Source of the DNA: Chiloscyllium plagiosum | Taxonomy: Eukaryota | NCBI RefSeq assembly: GCF_004010195.1 | Contig: NC_057718.1 | Location: 47,962,507-48,026,506 of the forward strand | Length of the DNA: 64,000 nucleotides | Reading direction: 5' to 3' | The notes under the pieces: generated by a model | Database searches by the model: none | What the model was told of the DNA's origin: nothing | Seen by the model: only the letters and a program-made list of their open reading frames with translations | Translations under genes and position numbers: made by a program | Part shown: positions 1 to 14,099 of the stretch, in pieces | Layout of the letters: every line of letters starts with the position of its first letter | How positions within the stretch are numbered: position 1 is the first letter of the stretch

Positions 1-172
1 CCTATCACATTTCCGACACCCCTCCCCCAAGTCCCTCCTCCCTACCTTTTATCTTAGCCTGCTGGACAAACTTCCCTCATTCCTGAAGAAGGGCTTATGC
101 CCGAAACGTCAATTCCCCTGTTCCCTGGATGCTGCCTGACCTGCTGTGCTTTTCCAGCAACACATTTCCAGC
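1..172 (+). mobile_element. 3' end of a Penelope-like or PLE-derived short element with a hammerhead ribozyme core
   Basis: CTGAAGA-A-GGGC-TTAT-GCCC-GAAACGTC at 83-110, followed by GGATGCTGCCTGACCTGCTG. Parts of this tail recur at 47545-47635 and 49650-49730. Confidence 0.7.
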
Positions 173-185
173 ACTAATTCAGAAT

Positions 186-815
186 TCTGTCAAGGTTAAC
201 ATGCAGGTTCAGTTGGCACTTAGGAAGGCAAATGCAATGTTAGCATTAATTTGAGAGCTAGAATACAAGATCATGGATCTCCTGTTAAGGCTATATACGA
301 ATCTGGTTGGACTCCATTCAGAATATTGAGCAGTTTTGGGACCTGTACTTATGAAAGGATTGCTTGCGTTGGAGGAGCTCCAGAAGAAGTTTACAAGAAT
401 GTTCCCAGGATGAAGAGTTTGTTATATGAGGAACAGTTGATGACACTGGGGGTCTGTATCAAAGTTTAGAAGGATGGGGATTTTGGGGGGGTGGGGAAAA
501 AGAGGGGTGGAATCTCTTTGAAATGAACTGAACACTAACAGACCTGGATGCAGTGGACATAGAGAAAATGTTTCTACTTGTAGGAGAGACTAGGAAATGA
601 CAGCACAGCCTCAGTGTGAAGAGGTGACCCTCTCCAGTGTGGTGAATCTGTGGAACTCCGACACAGAAGGCTGTGGAAGCCAAGTTATGAGCTTATTTAA
701 GATAGTGATAGATAGTGATAGATAGGTTCTTGATTAGTAACGGGATGAAAGGGTGGGGCAGAGACATGGGCCAAATAGTCTAATTCTACCCCTATGCGCA
801 TATTATATGGACCAC
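186..815 (+). mobile_element. CR1 LINE, degenerate 3' fragment
   Basis: Typical CR1 ORF2 C-terminal DNA (aaggcaaatgcaatgttagc; gaatattg..cagttttgg; gtggtgaatctgtggaactc) with frameshifts. Confidence 0.8.
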
Positions 816-1865
816 CTACTGAATTGTCCTTTGCCCTTGCCTCCTGCCTTCAAATCCACTGGCTGAGGAGTGTAAAAACCAGACGATCTTCATTCCAGGT
901 TGTAGGCATTGTCAGTAAGATAATAGGAACAAGTTCCCCAGTGTTTTTTTTAATGAACACTTTGAGTACTTTCAGCACCTGAAGTCTCTTTCTCATTAAG
1001 TCACTTTGTGGAAGGTGATATTTCTGGCAAAACTGCCATTTATTGCCTATACTGAGTTGCCCTGAGAAAATGAGGGGTTTGGATCCAACTGAGAGGATTG
1101 TGAAGCCAGAGGGTGGTTAAAAGACAACATGTGCTAGAGTTGCATACTGGCCTGACCAGGTAACATTAACAAGTTTCCTGGTTATCAACCTACAAATAGA
1201 CTATGTAGGCAGTGACAGTAGGAGTGTGTCTTGGTCAGCCAAGCTTGATGTAGAGTGTGCAGCTCAATATATAGCCTCTGTTGACAGGTTAGTGATCTGT
1301 TCCAGGAAAATTCTAGCTATAGAAATGAACAGAAACACATGCCTTTATATCTCACATGCTATTAAGAAAGACAAGACAACTACAAAGTTATGATCTGTTG
1401 TTTAAAAGAAACCTCTTTCACTATTATCCAATAGGAAAGAAAATCTACCAAATTTGACCCTGTGACTCCAGACGCTCAGCAAAATCAACTGAAATGGCCT
1501 ACCAAGCCAATCAGTTGTATAAAACTGCTATTAAAACAAAATCAATAAAACTGGATTGAGGGGCAATGGATTCAGATGTGACAAAAACATACCCAGTCTA
1601 CCAGTCAAATTCCTCCTTGCATCTGTGGTTTCATGTCAAAATTGGGGGAGCAATCAAACAATGGCCTGATGTAGGCATGCTCTCAGAATGAAACAATTAA
1701 ATCAACATCCCAGATGCCTTCATCACTATTCTGAGTGTATCCTGCCCCAAAGACAGGAAAGACCCAGTTGTGATGCTCATGTCATGACTAAGCTGAGAGA
1801 GAGTGACCCCAGGACCCCTAGACATTGACTCCAGATCAAACATGCAAGATAACTCTTGCTGATTA

Positions 1866-2022
1866 TAGAGGAACCTCAGTTATCCAAAGGACACAGGTGG
1901 GGAGAATTTTGTTTGGTTAATCGAATGCCAGCTAACAATCAGCCATGCACTGGGACCTTGCGATCTTGTTCGGATCATCCAAAATTCGGTTAATCGAATG
2001 TCGGATAATCAAGATTCCTCTG
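1866..2022. mobile_element. Tc1/mariner-pogo (Tigger-like) MITE
   Basis: Imperfect ~22-bp TIRs tagaggaacctcagttatccaa / tcggataatcaagattcctctg, flanked by TA on both sides (1864-65, 2023-24). Confidence 0.7.
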
Positions 2023-2339
2023 TATACCTAACTGTCTCCTTCAACTAGTGAAAGTGGGAGCTTCAATTATTGTACTAAAATTTATTTTAATATAAATTCA
2101 GGCAGCAACACTACTAAGGCAGGGGAATTTCTGAAGTGTATTCAGATCTTGGACAGTAACATGGAGTGAAAAAATTACTTTGCTAGTTGTACTGTTTTCT
2201 GTTAAAGACTAAATAAGCTCACTTAGATGACTAAAACTTACTTTTTCTTCAGAAAATTCTTGGTTTCAATATTACAATCTATTTCCACTACTGAGGGCTT
2301 TTCACATATAATTGGAAACTTCTATGAACACAATTCTAA

Positions 2340-2685
2340 TAACCTTTTCAAGTTAATTCATGGGACATAGATGTCACTGACTAGAGCATTCCTGTCGATT
2401 CCCAATTGTCCAGAATGCAGTTAAGACTCAACCAATATGGCTGCGTGTCTGGAGTTACATGTAGGTCAGATCAGATAAGGATGCCCTTCTCTTAAGGCAA
2501 TAGTGAACAAGATAGATTTTTATGACAAATCAACAGGTTACATTGTCGCCGTTAGTTCAGATTATTCTTCCAGATTATTTTTTACTGAATTCAAAATTCA
2601 CCAATTTCTAAGAGATTTCAACCAGCGTTCCCAGAACATTATCTGGATTACAAGTCCAATTACATTACCACTACTCCATTGCCCT
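2340..2685 (-). mobile_element. Degenerate tRNA-derived SINE with LINE-type 3' tail
   Basis: Antisense similarity to 4925-5310 (ctggattacaagtcc..tacattaccact head; gtctggagttacatgtaggtcaga body). Confidence 0.55.
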
Positions 2686-3539
2686 ACCCTCTTCAAATTA
2701 CTGACGTGGGAATGCAAACAGACATTTTCCATCACATTTTTGGTTAAATGAGGTCTGAAGAGGAAATTATTCCTTTCAAGTTTATGTTGTTGTACTTTGC
2801 ATCTCACACAATGCAAACGGTCAGCAACTTGGTGGTAAGTGATCAAAAAGAACAATTCATCCTTTATCCCACATCTGATGTTGAGATTCCTGGTGTGCAA
2901 GTGACAAGATCCAGGAAATGACTGTCAACATTTCTCTCAGCTAATAATAAAAGATTTGTTGAACATACATAATAACACTAAAAGAGCATCATTTCAAACA
3001 TCTGCTGAATTATGCCCATAGCTACCTATTTGTTACAATATATAGTATAACTGAATTATCACACAGTGAGTGCGAAAGTCAGAGGACTAGCTAGAGAGAT
3101 CATTCCTACTAACACTGTCATGGATGGGTGGAGTTGTGATTCACAGACAAAATAGAATTCGTAGGTTTCTCCTTCTTGCTGGCTTTCTTATTACCTGTTA
3201 CAGGCCCAGTTTGGCAAATATGTCCTTCAGCATTCAGCACGTCAGTCAGCAGGGGTGCTATCAAGCCAAGCTTGGCAATGGGCACTGAAGCCCTATCATT
3301 CCATGCCCCTGCTACTCTCAGTGCTTCCAGGTGGTGTTCAATAGAGGGGAGTACAGATTCATTAGCTGAGGGAGGGTTATAGGAGATAATCAGTAGGAGG
3401 TTTACTCATCTATGTCTAATCTTACAGCATGAGACTTCATGGAGACTGAAGTCAAGGATGTTGATTCCTAGAGCAACTTTGTTCTGACCGTATATCACTG
3501 TGAACCATCTCTGGTTTGTCTGTCAGAGGCCTACTGCAC

Positions 3540-4295
3540 AAAAAAATGACCTTCAGCCTGTCAAGTCTATGAAGTCAAAAGCAAGCACCTAACTATTCTA
3601 AACTCCTTCATAACTATTGGCCCAAAGCCCTATTTGCTTTGGCATTACAAATGTTCATCTAAACATTTAAAAGTTATGGAGGGTTCCGGCCTCTACCACG
3701 CTTACAGATAGTGAGTTCCAGATTTCTATCACCCTCTGAATGAAAAATAATTTTCCCACATTCCCTCCAAACCTCCTGCCCCTTACCTTAAATCAATGAC
3801 CCCCTGGTCACTGATACACCCCCCCCCCCCCCACTAAAAAAAAACTCCTACCTGTCTACTATGTCTACGTCCCCCTTAATTGTATACACATCAGCAATGG
3901 CTCCTCTCAGTCTCCTCTGCTCCAAGGAAAACAACCACAATCTAAACTTATCATAATTAAAACTCTCCAGCCCATGCACCATCCTGGTAAATCTCCTTGG
4001 CACCCGCTCCAATGTAATCACATTCCTCCTACAATGTGGAGTCCAGAATTACACACAGCACTCCAGCCATTGCCTAATCAAACTTTTTATACAGTTACAG
4101 AATAACTTCACTGTTCTTAAACTCTATGCCTCACCTATTAAAGGCAAGAATCCCATATACCTTCTTAACCACTTCATCTACCTGCCTTGTTACATTAAGG
4201 GAACAGCGGACAAGCACATCAAGATCCCTTTAATTCTTCGTGCTTCTCTGGGCCCTACCATTCATGTATTCCTAACCTGGTTTGTCCTGCCCAAG
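3540..4295 (-). mobile_element. CR1 LINE 3' fragment
   Basis: Antisense CR1 ORF2 3' DNA (catcctggtaaatctcc; ccagaattacacacagcactccag). Confidence 0.75.
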
Positions 4296-4924
4296 GGACT
4301 TATTAACTTGTAATTCTAACAATTTACTCAGTATTAATTCCCTGGTAATTGTAATTTTCTTGAGTTTTTCCCTCCCTTTCAATTTCTGATTTATATCCAT
4401 TTTCAGATTTAATTCAACTATGTTGCTTGCTAGGCCACTTCCTGAGATAATTGCGAGTCAACCATATTGCTGTAGGCACAGTCACACATAGGCAAGATTG
4501 AAAATATACACCAGATTTCCTTCCTAACGGCTCATTAATTTCCAGATTTTTTTTTTAAATGACAGCTCAATAGTTTCATGGCTATTATAACTGGTACTAA
4601 CATTTTTATGATAATTTTGTTTCCATTTAACATATCAAATTTAAATTCCCCAACTGCCAGCATTGGATTTGAATTAATGTTTTCTGATCATTACATCAAA
4701 TTACTGGATTATTCATCCAGTTATATAATCACGATCCTACTGTAACTAATAAACTACGTGAAAATCAAAACTGATGTCAGATCACAGGACTTAAAAAGCA
4801 AGGGAGTCAATGTAAATATTTCTAATTTTGATCATTTGTTTACAATACGGTATTCGTGTTGAGACCTTCATTGGCTGATTCAGAACCTGAAATGATCGTC
4901 AGAGAATGCTCATTATTTAACCAA

Positions 4925-5310
4925 ATGATGGTATACGTTCATGTCACTGGGCTAGAAAAATGCAAGTGCAGGTTAATACTCAGGAGACACAAGTTGAAAT
5001 CCTATCATAGCATTTCTTAGAATCCCCAGTGTGGAATTGGTGGAACTTAAATAATAAAATCTGAAATTGAAAGCTAGTCTCAGTAATAATGGCCATGAAG
5101 CTATCACAGAAGAACTGTAAAAAAAAACCTTATCTGGTTCACTAATACATTTTAGGGAAGTAAAGCTGCCATCCTTATTGAATCTAGCTTACACATGACC
5201 TAAGAATTAACCACATTGCTGTTGATCTGAACTATTCAAAAGAACAAATTAGGAATGGGCAATAAATGCTGGACTTTCCATTGATGCCCACACCCACAAG
5301 AGAATAATTC
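4925..5310 (+). mobile_element. Degenerate tRNA-derived SINE with LINE-type 3' tail
   Basis: Ends in ttaggaatgggcaataaatgctgg...gcccacac, a tail also seen at 32800-32845 and 36380-36430. Related antisense copies at 2340-2685 and ~4390-4740. Confidence 0.55.
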
Positions 5311-5989
5311 TTTAATGTTTATAGCTTCAACTGTGTGAAACATTTAGAATAATGAAAATATTTGACAAATCCCCAGGGGAAAAATACAAAAAGAAATAGC
5401 TGAAATTGTGCTTTCATTTTGGAATGCTGCACTCGGTAAATTATCCACAGGTGAAGCTTTTTGAGGATTATTTGAGTAAACTAATTACATAAATTTTAAT
5501 TGCAATAAGCAATAGTTTAATCTGAAATGCATAATCAGTTCTGTTCATGTAAACATCAGAAAGTCACAAAGGTAGCGAGGTGGAGAGATTAGAGGCTTTA
5601 AAAACTATATTAATTCAGTCTCATTATAAACATTAGTATAGATGTTCTTTCATCAGTGAACTTTTCTGACCTGAGACAGAAAGGCATTCAACTTACTTTA
5701 AATTTGAATGATTTTCAAAGAGAAGTAAATGCAGACAATAATTATCTTTCCAGATGGGTATTGGCTATTAATTTGAAATTGAAGCAAAAGTAATTTGCTA
5801 TTTAACCCTTCCAATTCTCAGATAATTCTGTGCAAACAATTAAGGTTCAAAAGGAGATTTTGAAAGCACAATAGCAAAATACTGGAATTATGAAATGAAA
5901 ACAGAAAATGCTGGCAACAGATTCTGGCAGAATCTGTGAAAAAACATTTAACATTCAGATTTCAAATTTCCAAAGTCATTTCCCATTTA

Positions 5990-8900
5990 GAAAACGGTCT
6001 ACACCTCTATTCTTCCTACCGAAGTACATAATGTCACTTTCCCACATTGTATTACATAAGCCATTTCTTTGCCCACTCTCCTAGCAAGTCTTTCTGCAGC
6101 CACCCTGCTTCTTCAACACTACCTGTCCTTCCACCTTTGTCTCATTTGCAAATTCAGCAACAATGCCCTTAGTTCCTTCGTCTAGATTATTAATGTATAA
6201 CATTAATATTTGTGGTCTCAACATGAACCCTTACAGAACTCCACTAGTCACAGACTGCCATCTTGAAAAAGACCCCCTTATCCCAATTCTGTGCCTTCTG
6301 CCAGTCAGCCAATCTTCTATCCATGCATGTATCTTGCCCCTAACACCATGGCTCTTATCTTATTTAGCAGCTTCCTGTGTGGCACCATATCAAAGGCCTT
6401 CTGGAAATCCAAAAACACCATATCCACTGGCTTTCTTTTGTCTAACTGCTCATTACCTCAAAGAATTCTAACGGATTTAAGAGGCATAACCTCCCCTTGA
6501 CAAAGCTGTGCTGACTCAACCCTGTTTTATCATGCAAGGCTAAGTACTCTGCAATCTCATCTTTATTCGCAGACTCTAAAATCTGACCAACTACGGAGGC
6601 CAGACTAACCAGCCTATAATTTCCTGTCTTTGCCTTCCTCTCTTCTTAAACAGGTGTGTTACGTTAGCCATTTTCCACTGTTTCCTGAAAGATTCCAACC
6701 AATGCCTTCACAATCTCTTCAGCTATCAGCTTTGGAAATTTGGGGTGTAGTCCACCTGGTCTGGGTGACTTATCCACCTTCAGACCTTTCAGCTTCCCCA
6801 GCATATTCTCCTCAGTGATGGTCACCACAAACACTTCTGCCTCTTTGACTCTTCCAGCTCTGGTATGTGGCTGGTGTCTTCCACGGTGAATCTGATGCAA
6901 AATGCTTATTCAGTTCTTCCACCACTTCTTTGTTCCCCATTACTACTTTTTCAGCCTCATTTTCCAGCAGTCTAATATCCACTCTTGACTTTCTCTTCCC
7001 TTTCAGGTACCGAAAACAACTCTTAATCTTCTTTTATATTACTAGTTAGCTTATTCCCATATTTAATCTTCTCCCCTCACGTTTTTTTAGTTATCCTCTA
7101 CAGGTTTTTAAAGGCTTCCCAATTCTCTACATTCCCACTGCATTGTATGCTTTTTCTTTTGCTTTTATATTCTCTGACTTCCCTTGCCAGCCATGGTTGT
7201 CTGATCCTCCCCTTAGTATTTTTGTTTTGGCATGAATTTCTGTTGTGCCACATGAATTACACCTTAGAAACTCCTGACACTGCTGCTTCACCATCTTCAC
7301 TGCTATGCTCCTCTTTCTCAAATCTGGCCAGCTCCTCTGTCATGTCTTTGTAGTTACCTTTACTCAATTGTAATGCCGTAACACCTCAAATCAAAGGGCA
7401 CATTCTATTGTGGACACTGTCCCCAAAGGGTTCCTTCTCCTTAAGCTCCCTAAACAAATCTCCCTCATTAAGCATCATCAAATCCAGAACTGCCTGCTTC
7501 CTAGTGGGCTTTACCACAAATCATTCTAAAAACCATCTGAGACTTTCCGCAAATTCCTTTTCTTGAAATCTGCTACCAACTTGATTTTCCCAGTCCATCT
7601 GCACACTGAAGCCCACATGATTATTGTAATAGTGCCTCCCTTTCATTCCTTTTCAACTTCCTGATCTATTTCCTTCCCATATCCAGACTACTGCCAGGAG
7701 GCCTGTACACAACTCTCATCAGGTCAATTTTCCTTTGATGCCTTAGAGTTCCTCAACTCTACCCACACAGAATCTATGCCTTCTGACTCTTATGGCTTTC
7801 CATTTAATTTCATTTCTTAGGACAAGGCAACCCCACCCCCTCTGCTCATCTGCCTCTCCTTTTGATAGGGTATACACCCTTGGAGATTTAATTCCAGGTA
7901 TGATCTCCCTGAAGCCACGTCTCATGATACTCTCAACAACATAAGTGCCAATTTCAATTTGCACTCAAGTTCATTTACTTTGTTTTTTATATTATGTGCA
8001 TTTAATAACAACACCCTCAGTCCTGTATTGACTGCCCCCACGAGTCACCCGCCTCCCCCCGCCCCCGTCCTACTCTCTGTCCTATTACTTATTATAGAAA
8101 CTTTAATACCCTCTGCAGAGCCCGCCTCCATTTTAGATTTTTCCTTAATTTTCCATACAACTGAAACTACCATACCTCACATTAGTTTAAAGCACTATCC
8201 ACAGCCATAGTTATGCTAAACACCAGACTCTGGTCCCAGCATGATTCAGGTGGAGCCCATCCCATTGGAACAACTCTCTCCTTCCCCAAAAACTGGTGCC
8301 AATATCCCATGACTACAAACCAGTTTTGCCCACATCAATCTTTGAGACAGGCATTTCTCCAGGCATTTCTCTCTTTAAATCTTATTGACTTTGTGCCAGT
8401 TAGCTTGTGGTGCAGCTAGTAATCTGGTACTACCTTTTTGGTACATTTTTAAAATTTAGCACCTAGCCTTTCATATTCCCTCAGCAAAACTTTTTTTCGT
8501 CTTTCTACCTATATCATTGGTAACTTCATGGACCATGACAACTGGTTCTTTCTCCTCCTGCTCCAAGTTCCTCTGTAGCCCAGATGAGATATCCCAAACC
8601 TAGGCACCAGGGAGGCAACAGAGTCTTTGGACTCTTGTGATCCTAGCCTGAGAGAACAGTGTCAATTCCCCTGACTGCCTATTATCCCCCATTTCAACAA
8701 TATTTCTCTTTGATCCCTCCCCTCCTGTACAGCTCCTTGAACCATGAAGCTATGGTCAGTTTGCTCATTCTCCAGCCTCACACTAATCCACAGAGATCAA
8801 GAATCTCAAACTTGTTAGACAAACTCAAGGTTTGAGGCTCCTTCAGTACTACCTCCTGGACTCCTCTACCTATCTTGCTCTTAGTCACATACTCCAAATT

Positions 8901-9100
8901 TGTAGTAGTTAATCAAAGGAGTGTGACTGCCTCTTGAAACAGTGTCCAGGTAATTGTCCCCCTCCCTAGTGTGTCAGTGTTCAAAACTCAGACTCCATCT
9001 CATCAACCCGGAGTCAGAGTTTGTCAAGCAACCAACAATTACAACACAAATGGTCACGATGAACTGGAATAGGGTCCACTACCTTCTACATCATGCAGTT
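5990..9100 (-). mobile_element. Long degenerate CR1 LINE (RT, endonuclease and part of ORF1)
   Basis: ORF 6664..6900 LKGLKVDKSPRPGGLHPK is a CR1 ORF2 motif. Antisense caaaggccttctggaaatcc encodes the DFQKAF motif. Confidence 0.85.
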
Positions 9101-9179
9101 AAATACAGTGCCTAGATAGCATCTGTGTGTTTAATTGCTCAGTTCTTAATTTGATTTTTAACTTCAACTTTGCTTTAGT

Positions 9180-10860
9180 TGGGTTAGCCTTAGTGTGAAA
9201 GGACTAGATTGGATGAAGTTTTTTTTGAGTGCATCCAGGAGATCTTTTTGTATCAGTCTGCAGATAGTCCTACTAGAGTTGGGGCAGTGCTAGACATAAT
9301 CCTAGCAAATGACGCTGGTCAAGTGGTTGAAGTACCAGCATGTGAGCATTTTGAGGATAATGACCATCACTATAAGTTTCAAAGTCATTATGGAAAAGGA
9401 TAACATGGGAGTTAAGTGTCTAAACTGGGGGCAGGTGGATTTCAAGATCATTAGATAGGGGCTGGCAAAGATAAACTGGCAGCAGCTACTTGCAGGTAAG
9501 TCTACATTTGGAAAATGGGACTCTTTTACAGGTAGTACAGTGGGAATTAATTCAGGGCCAACATGTACCTCTACGAGTGAAGGGCAAGGGCAGCAAGTCC
9601 AGGGAACCCTGGATGTCAAGAGGTATGGAGAGTTTTACAAAGAAAAAGGAGGAAGCGTATGTCAGATTCAGCAGGAGAGGCTGTTCAAACGTTTAAAGGG
9701 TAGAAGGCTGCTCAAAAAAGAAATTAGGAGGGTAAAGAGGGCCCATGAAATATCTTTGGCAAATGGGATCAAGGAATAGCCCAAATATATTAAGAGTAAG
9801 AGGATAACCACTGAAAGAGAGTGGGATAACCTATGAACCAAAGGGCAACCTGTGCATGGAGCCAGTGGATATGGTTGAGATATTAAATTAACACTTCTCA
9901 ACTCTATTCAGAGGATTTTTGTTGGAAGGAGAGATTTTGGAACATGTTAAGATTAATAAGGAGGAGGTATTAGATGTTTTAGCATGCACACAGGCATATA
10001 AATCCCTAAATTCTAGTGAGATATATTCCAGGTTACTGTGAAAGGCAAGGGTGGAGATTGTTGGGGCTATGACAGATATATCTAATACTTCACTGGCCAC
10101 TGGCAAACTGCCAGATGAGTGGACGATAGCCAATGTGGTTCTTTTGATCAAAAACAGCAGCAGAGATAGGGCAGGTAATGACAGATCAGTTACTCCAACA
10201 TTAGTGGTAGGGAAATTATTGGAAAATATTCTGAAGGACAGGATTAATCAACACTTGGAAAGACAGGGATTAATCAAGGACAGTCAGCACAGATTTGTTA
10301 CAGGGAGATCCTGTCTGACTAATTTAATTGACTGTTTCAAAAAAGTCGATGTGATTTACCTGGACTTCAGTAAGGCCTTTGACAAGGTCCCACATGGAAA
10401 GCTGGTCCCTGGATGTTGCCTGGGATGAAAAGTCCCAATTATAAGAGAAGATTGAATAGGCTAGGTTTGTTTCCTTTAGAGCTGACAAGACTTAGATCTG
10501 ATTGAGGTACACAAAATTGAAAGGCATAGATAAGATTAGATCATGAGAATCTCTTCCCAAGGCAGATGTATCTAAGATCCGAAGACAGAAGTTTTAAAGT
10601 GAGGAGCAAATGGAGAGGAGATCCGAGAAAGTTTTTTTTCACTCAGAGGGTGATAGATATATGGAACATGCTGCCTTATGGGGTAGTGGAGGCAGGTATT
10701 CCAGCAACATTTAAGAAGCATCTGGATTACTATTTAAAATGCAAGGGTATAGTAAGCTATGGACCAAATGTAGGTAAATGGGGTTAGTGCAGTTTGGTGT
10801 TTGCTAGTCAACACAGACATGATGGGCCAAAGGCCTGTTTCTATACGGCATGACTATGAC
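9180..10860 (+). mobile_element. CR1 LINE with internal deletion
   Basis: ORFs 9209..9403 (SPTRVGAVLDIIL), 10051..10428 (PDEWTIANV...GRSCLTNL...DVIYLDFSKAFDKVPH) and 10566..10787 (FFTQRV); ends in an atgactatgac tail. Confidence 0.9.
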
Positions 10861-10861
10861 A

Positions 10862-11110
10862 TGTCACCTCTTCAAAGAAAGTCAAAGAATTGTTCAAACA
10901 GGATCTGTCTTTCAAAATAAAACATGTTGTTGATTATACCTGATTACCAAGTGTCCTGCAACAACCTTTTTAATAATTGTTGCTAACATTGTCCCATGAC
11001 AGATGCTAACAGGCCTATATTTTCCGGTTTTCTGTCTCGGTCTCTTTTTGACTAAAAGAGTTATGCTCAATAGCTTCCATTCTAATGGAACCATTCCCAA
11101 TCAATGGATT
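10862..11110 (-). mobile_element. CR1 LINE RT fragment
   Basis: ORF 10912..11100 GMVPLEWK...KTGKYRPVS. Confidence 0.75.
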
Positions 11111-12599
11111 TGTTGAAAATTAAAAACACAATGTATCAATAGCAATTTGTTTTTGTTGCCCAACATCTAATCATTTCAAACTAAATTAACTTGTTTGCCA
11201 TTTCAGGGGGCAGTTAAGAGTTGACTATATTGCTCTGGTCTGGAGTTACAGGTAGACTAGACCTTAGTGAAGATGAATTTCTTGTGTTTTCTTCTTCCCT
11301 TCCATTTCCTGATTTATTGATACATATAAAGGTATTATTTGTACTCTCCATAGTGAAGACCAATGCAAGACCTCTTCAATTCATCAGCCATTTCCTTAAT
11401 TTTCATTATTAGTTCTCCAGCTGTGCCTTTTACAGGACCAATACTGATTTTATTTATTTAAAAATATTTATAGAACATATTACCTGGCTATATTTCTGGT
11501 CAGATTTCTCTCATACTTTACTTTTCCTCTCCTTATTAATTTTTTTTAGTCATTCTTTGCTGTTTTTACTGTGAACAAATGGACAAAGCTTATTGTGTGC
11601 AAATTGGTTGAAGCATTTCATTTATTAGAACTTCAAGACTTTTCCTATTTCTTGATAATAATATAAAAATACAGGTACTATCAAAGATGTAGGCACACAA
11701 GTGGCAATCAAACAAGAGCCTTAATATTTCAAGGTATTTCGTTTAACTATTTCTCATCTCCATCCTCCAAAAGTTGTCTACTTCAGTTTTTCTACCATTG
11801 AACTGCATCTAGCACACGACTTGCTAACTTGCATCAGACTGTAATTTGTTGTATCCTTATTTTCGTTCTGGCCCCAATTTTGTGCAAGTGAGCTGTAATA
11901 ACAAACGTGTCTGTCTGTATTTGCATATAAGTGCCAAACAATGATTCTTTCCACATCCCAATAGTTCTACAAATATTAGATTACATCTACATTTTACTTT
12001 CCAACCCAAGATATCTCTTTATTCATTTAGCATTATCCTCCTTAATAACAAAAATCATATCGTTTGTAAGAATTGACACCTCATCAGCAAATAATCCAGG
12101 AGGAGGTAAAAATCAGAGTCAGCCTTTAAACTTTATAATCGTTTAAAGGTAGAAACAATGGAGGCAGAGATCCATGGGTCAAAGTACATAGATCATTAAA
12201 TTTACGTCACCTGGCAAATAAAATAATCTCAAAGGCTGATGGAATACTGGACTTTATATCTAGGGGCAAAGGCTACACAAACATCCTACGTAGATCTCAC
12301 TTTCAGAAAGATGGGTAATTCTGGGCGTTGCATCTTAGAATATTGGCCTCAATGGGAGTGAACATAATTTAGAATAATACATGGGGCCAAACAGACAGTC
12401 TGTGGGTTTAGGAAAATCCCACCTTTCACTTTTGTGCACAAAAATGCACACTGACCTAGAACAACTATGAATTTTATCTTTCTGCACAGCATTTGGGTCT
12501 GCAGTGCATTTTGCAGGCCATGATGCTGTTCACGAGGAGTACCATAAGATATGGCAGCATTACAGGACAGCCATTTGGATGACAATTCCAGAGTAGGAC

Positions 12600-13655
12600 A
12601 GGAAGGGATAGAGAACACAAACATAGAAAAATGGCAATAAGTCAAGTCAAAAGGGGACAAATTGTAAAAGGCAAAATGAATGACTCTTTAGTTGAATACG
12701 TGTAACATTCAGAATAAGATGACTGGAGAAATGGTTGCAAGGAGGTCAAAGCTAGGAACTAAATATTCAGGACTGAGATTTTTTGAAAGGACAGAAAGAA
12801 AGGGAAGTGTGATAGGGTGGCTTTGTTGGTAATGGGATGGAAGTAGAATGATAGTAAGAAATGATCTCAGATTGGAAGCTGTAGATTCCATTGGAGTATA
12901 GCTAAGAAATAAAAAGGCAAAGAAATAAAAATAAACTGTCATCATTAAACATTACGTAAATTGGGATAGCAAGATTGGCAGAGGAAGTTGAGGAAGAAAA
13001 CAGTGATATTGTTCTCGGAAATTGTCCTGAATACTATGTTGTGAATCCAACCAGAGACCAGGCTATTTTCGAGTTGGTTCTGAAAGTGTAATGAAATATA
13101 TTAAGAGAAATGCAATGCTGAAATTTTAAAACTGGAATGGAGTATAAAATTAGGGAGGTTTTGCTAAAACTATACAAGTTAAACCACAACTGGAATGCTG
13201 TGCTTCCCAATAAAGGTTCACTAGGCTGATACTTCTATGAAAGGAGTCTCTTACAAGGTGATACAACAGGTTGGGCCTGTAGTTGTAGGAATTTAGATGA
13301 CAGGCAACCTTTTTGAAACATGCAAGATTCTTAAGGGGTGTGACAGGATAGATGCGGAAAAGTGATTTTCCATTGACGGAGAGTCTATAACTAGAGGCAT
13401 ATTCTCAGAATAAGGACTCTCCCATTTAGGTCAGAGATGAGAAGCAATCTTTTGTCAGAGGGAGATGAATTGGTGGAATTTTTTTTAAAACCAAAGAAAG
13501 CTATTGAGGCTGGGTCGTTTAATATATTCAAAGAAATTAAGGGTTTAGAATAAAGGCAGGAAACCAGAGTTGAGGGTTATCAAATCAGCCAAATAGCAGA
13601 GTAGACTCAATGGGTTGAACAGCCTATGCCTGCTCCCAAGTCTAATGATTTTATG
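12600..13655 (+). mobile_element. Highly degenerate CR1 LINE fragments
   Basis: Endonuclease-region DNA at ~12700-13080 and 3' ORF2/UTR DNA at ~13100-13650. Confidence 0.6.
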
Positions 13656-13819
13656 CTAGAAAAACTGCAGAAGTAGATCAATCTCTGTATTCCATCACAG
13701 CAGACCAGCTTCCAATATTGCTTAAAGGTCCATGGAAGCTCACTCTTCAATCCTAATCTATGCCCCTCAGCTCAGCCGTGCCAACTCCATGCCCCTCACA
13801 CTCCTACCCACCAGACTTT

Positions 13820-14099
13820 GTGGTAGCATGGTGGCTCAGTAGTTAGCACTACGACCTCAGTACCAGGCATCAGAGTTTGATTCCAATCTTAGGTGACTGT
13901 GTGCAGTTTGCATGTTGTCCCCCTGTCCACATGAGTTTCTGCTGGATGCCCTGCTTCCCTCCCACAGTCGAAAGATGCGCAGGTTAGATGGATGAGCGAT
14001 GGTTAATGTGGGTTCTGGGGTTGGGTGGCTGTGTCTGGGTGGGATGCTCTTCAGAGATTGTATGGTCTCAATGGCCTCTTTCTGCACCGTAGAGATTCT
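13820..14099 (+). mobile_element. HE1 SINE (V-SINE), older copy
   Basis: tRNA-like head ggtggctcagtagttagcact...gagtttgattcc; V-domain gtttgcatgttgtccccctgtc...cctcccacagtcgaaagatg. Confidence 0.85.
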
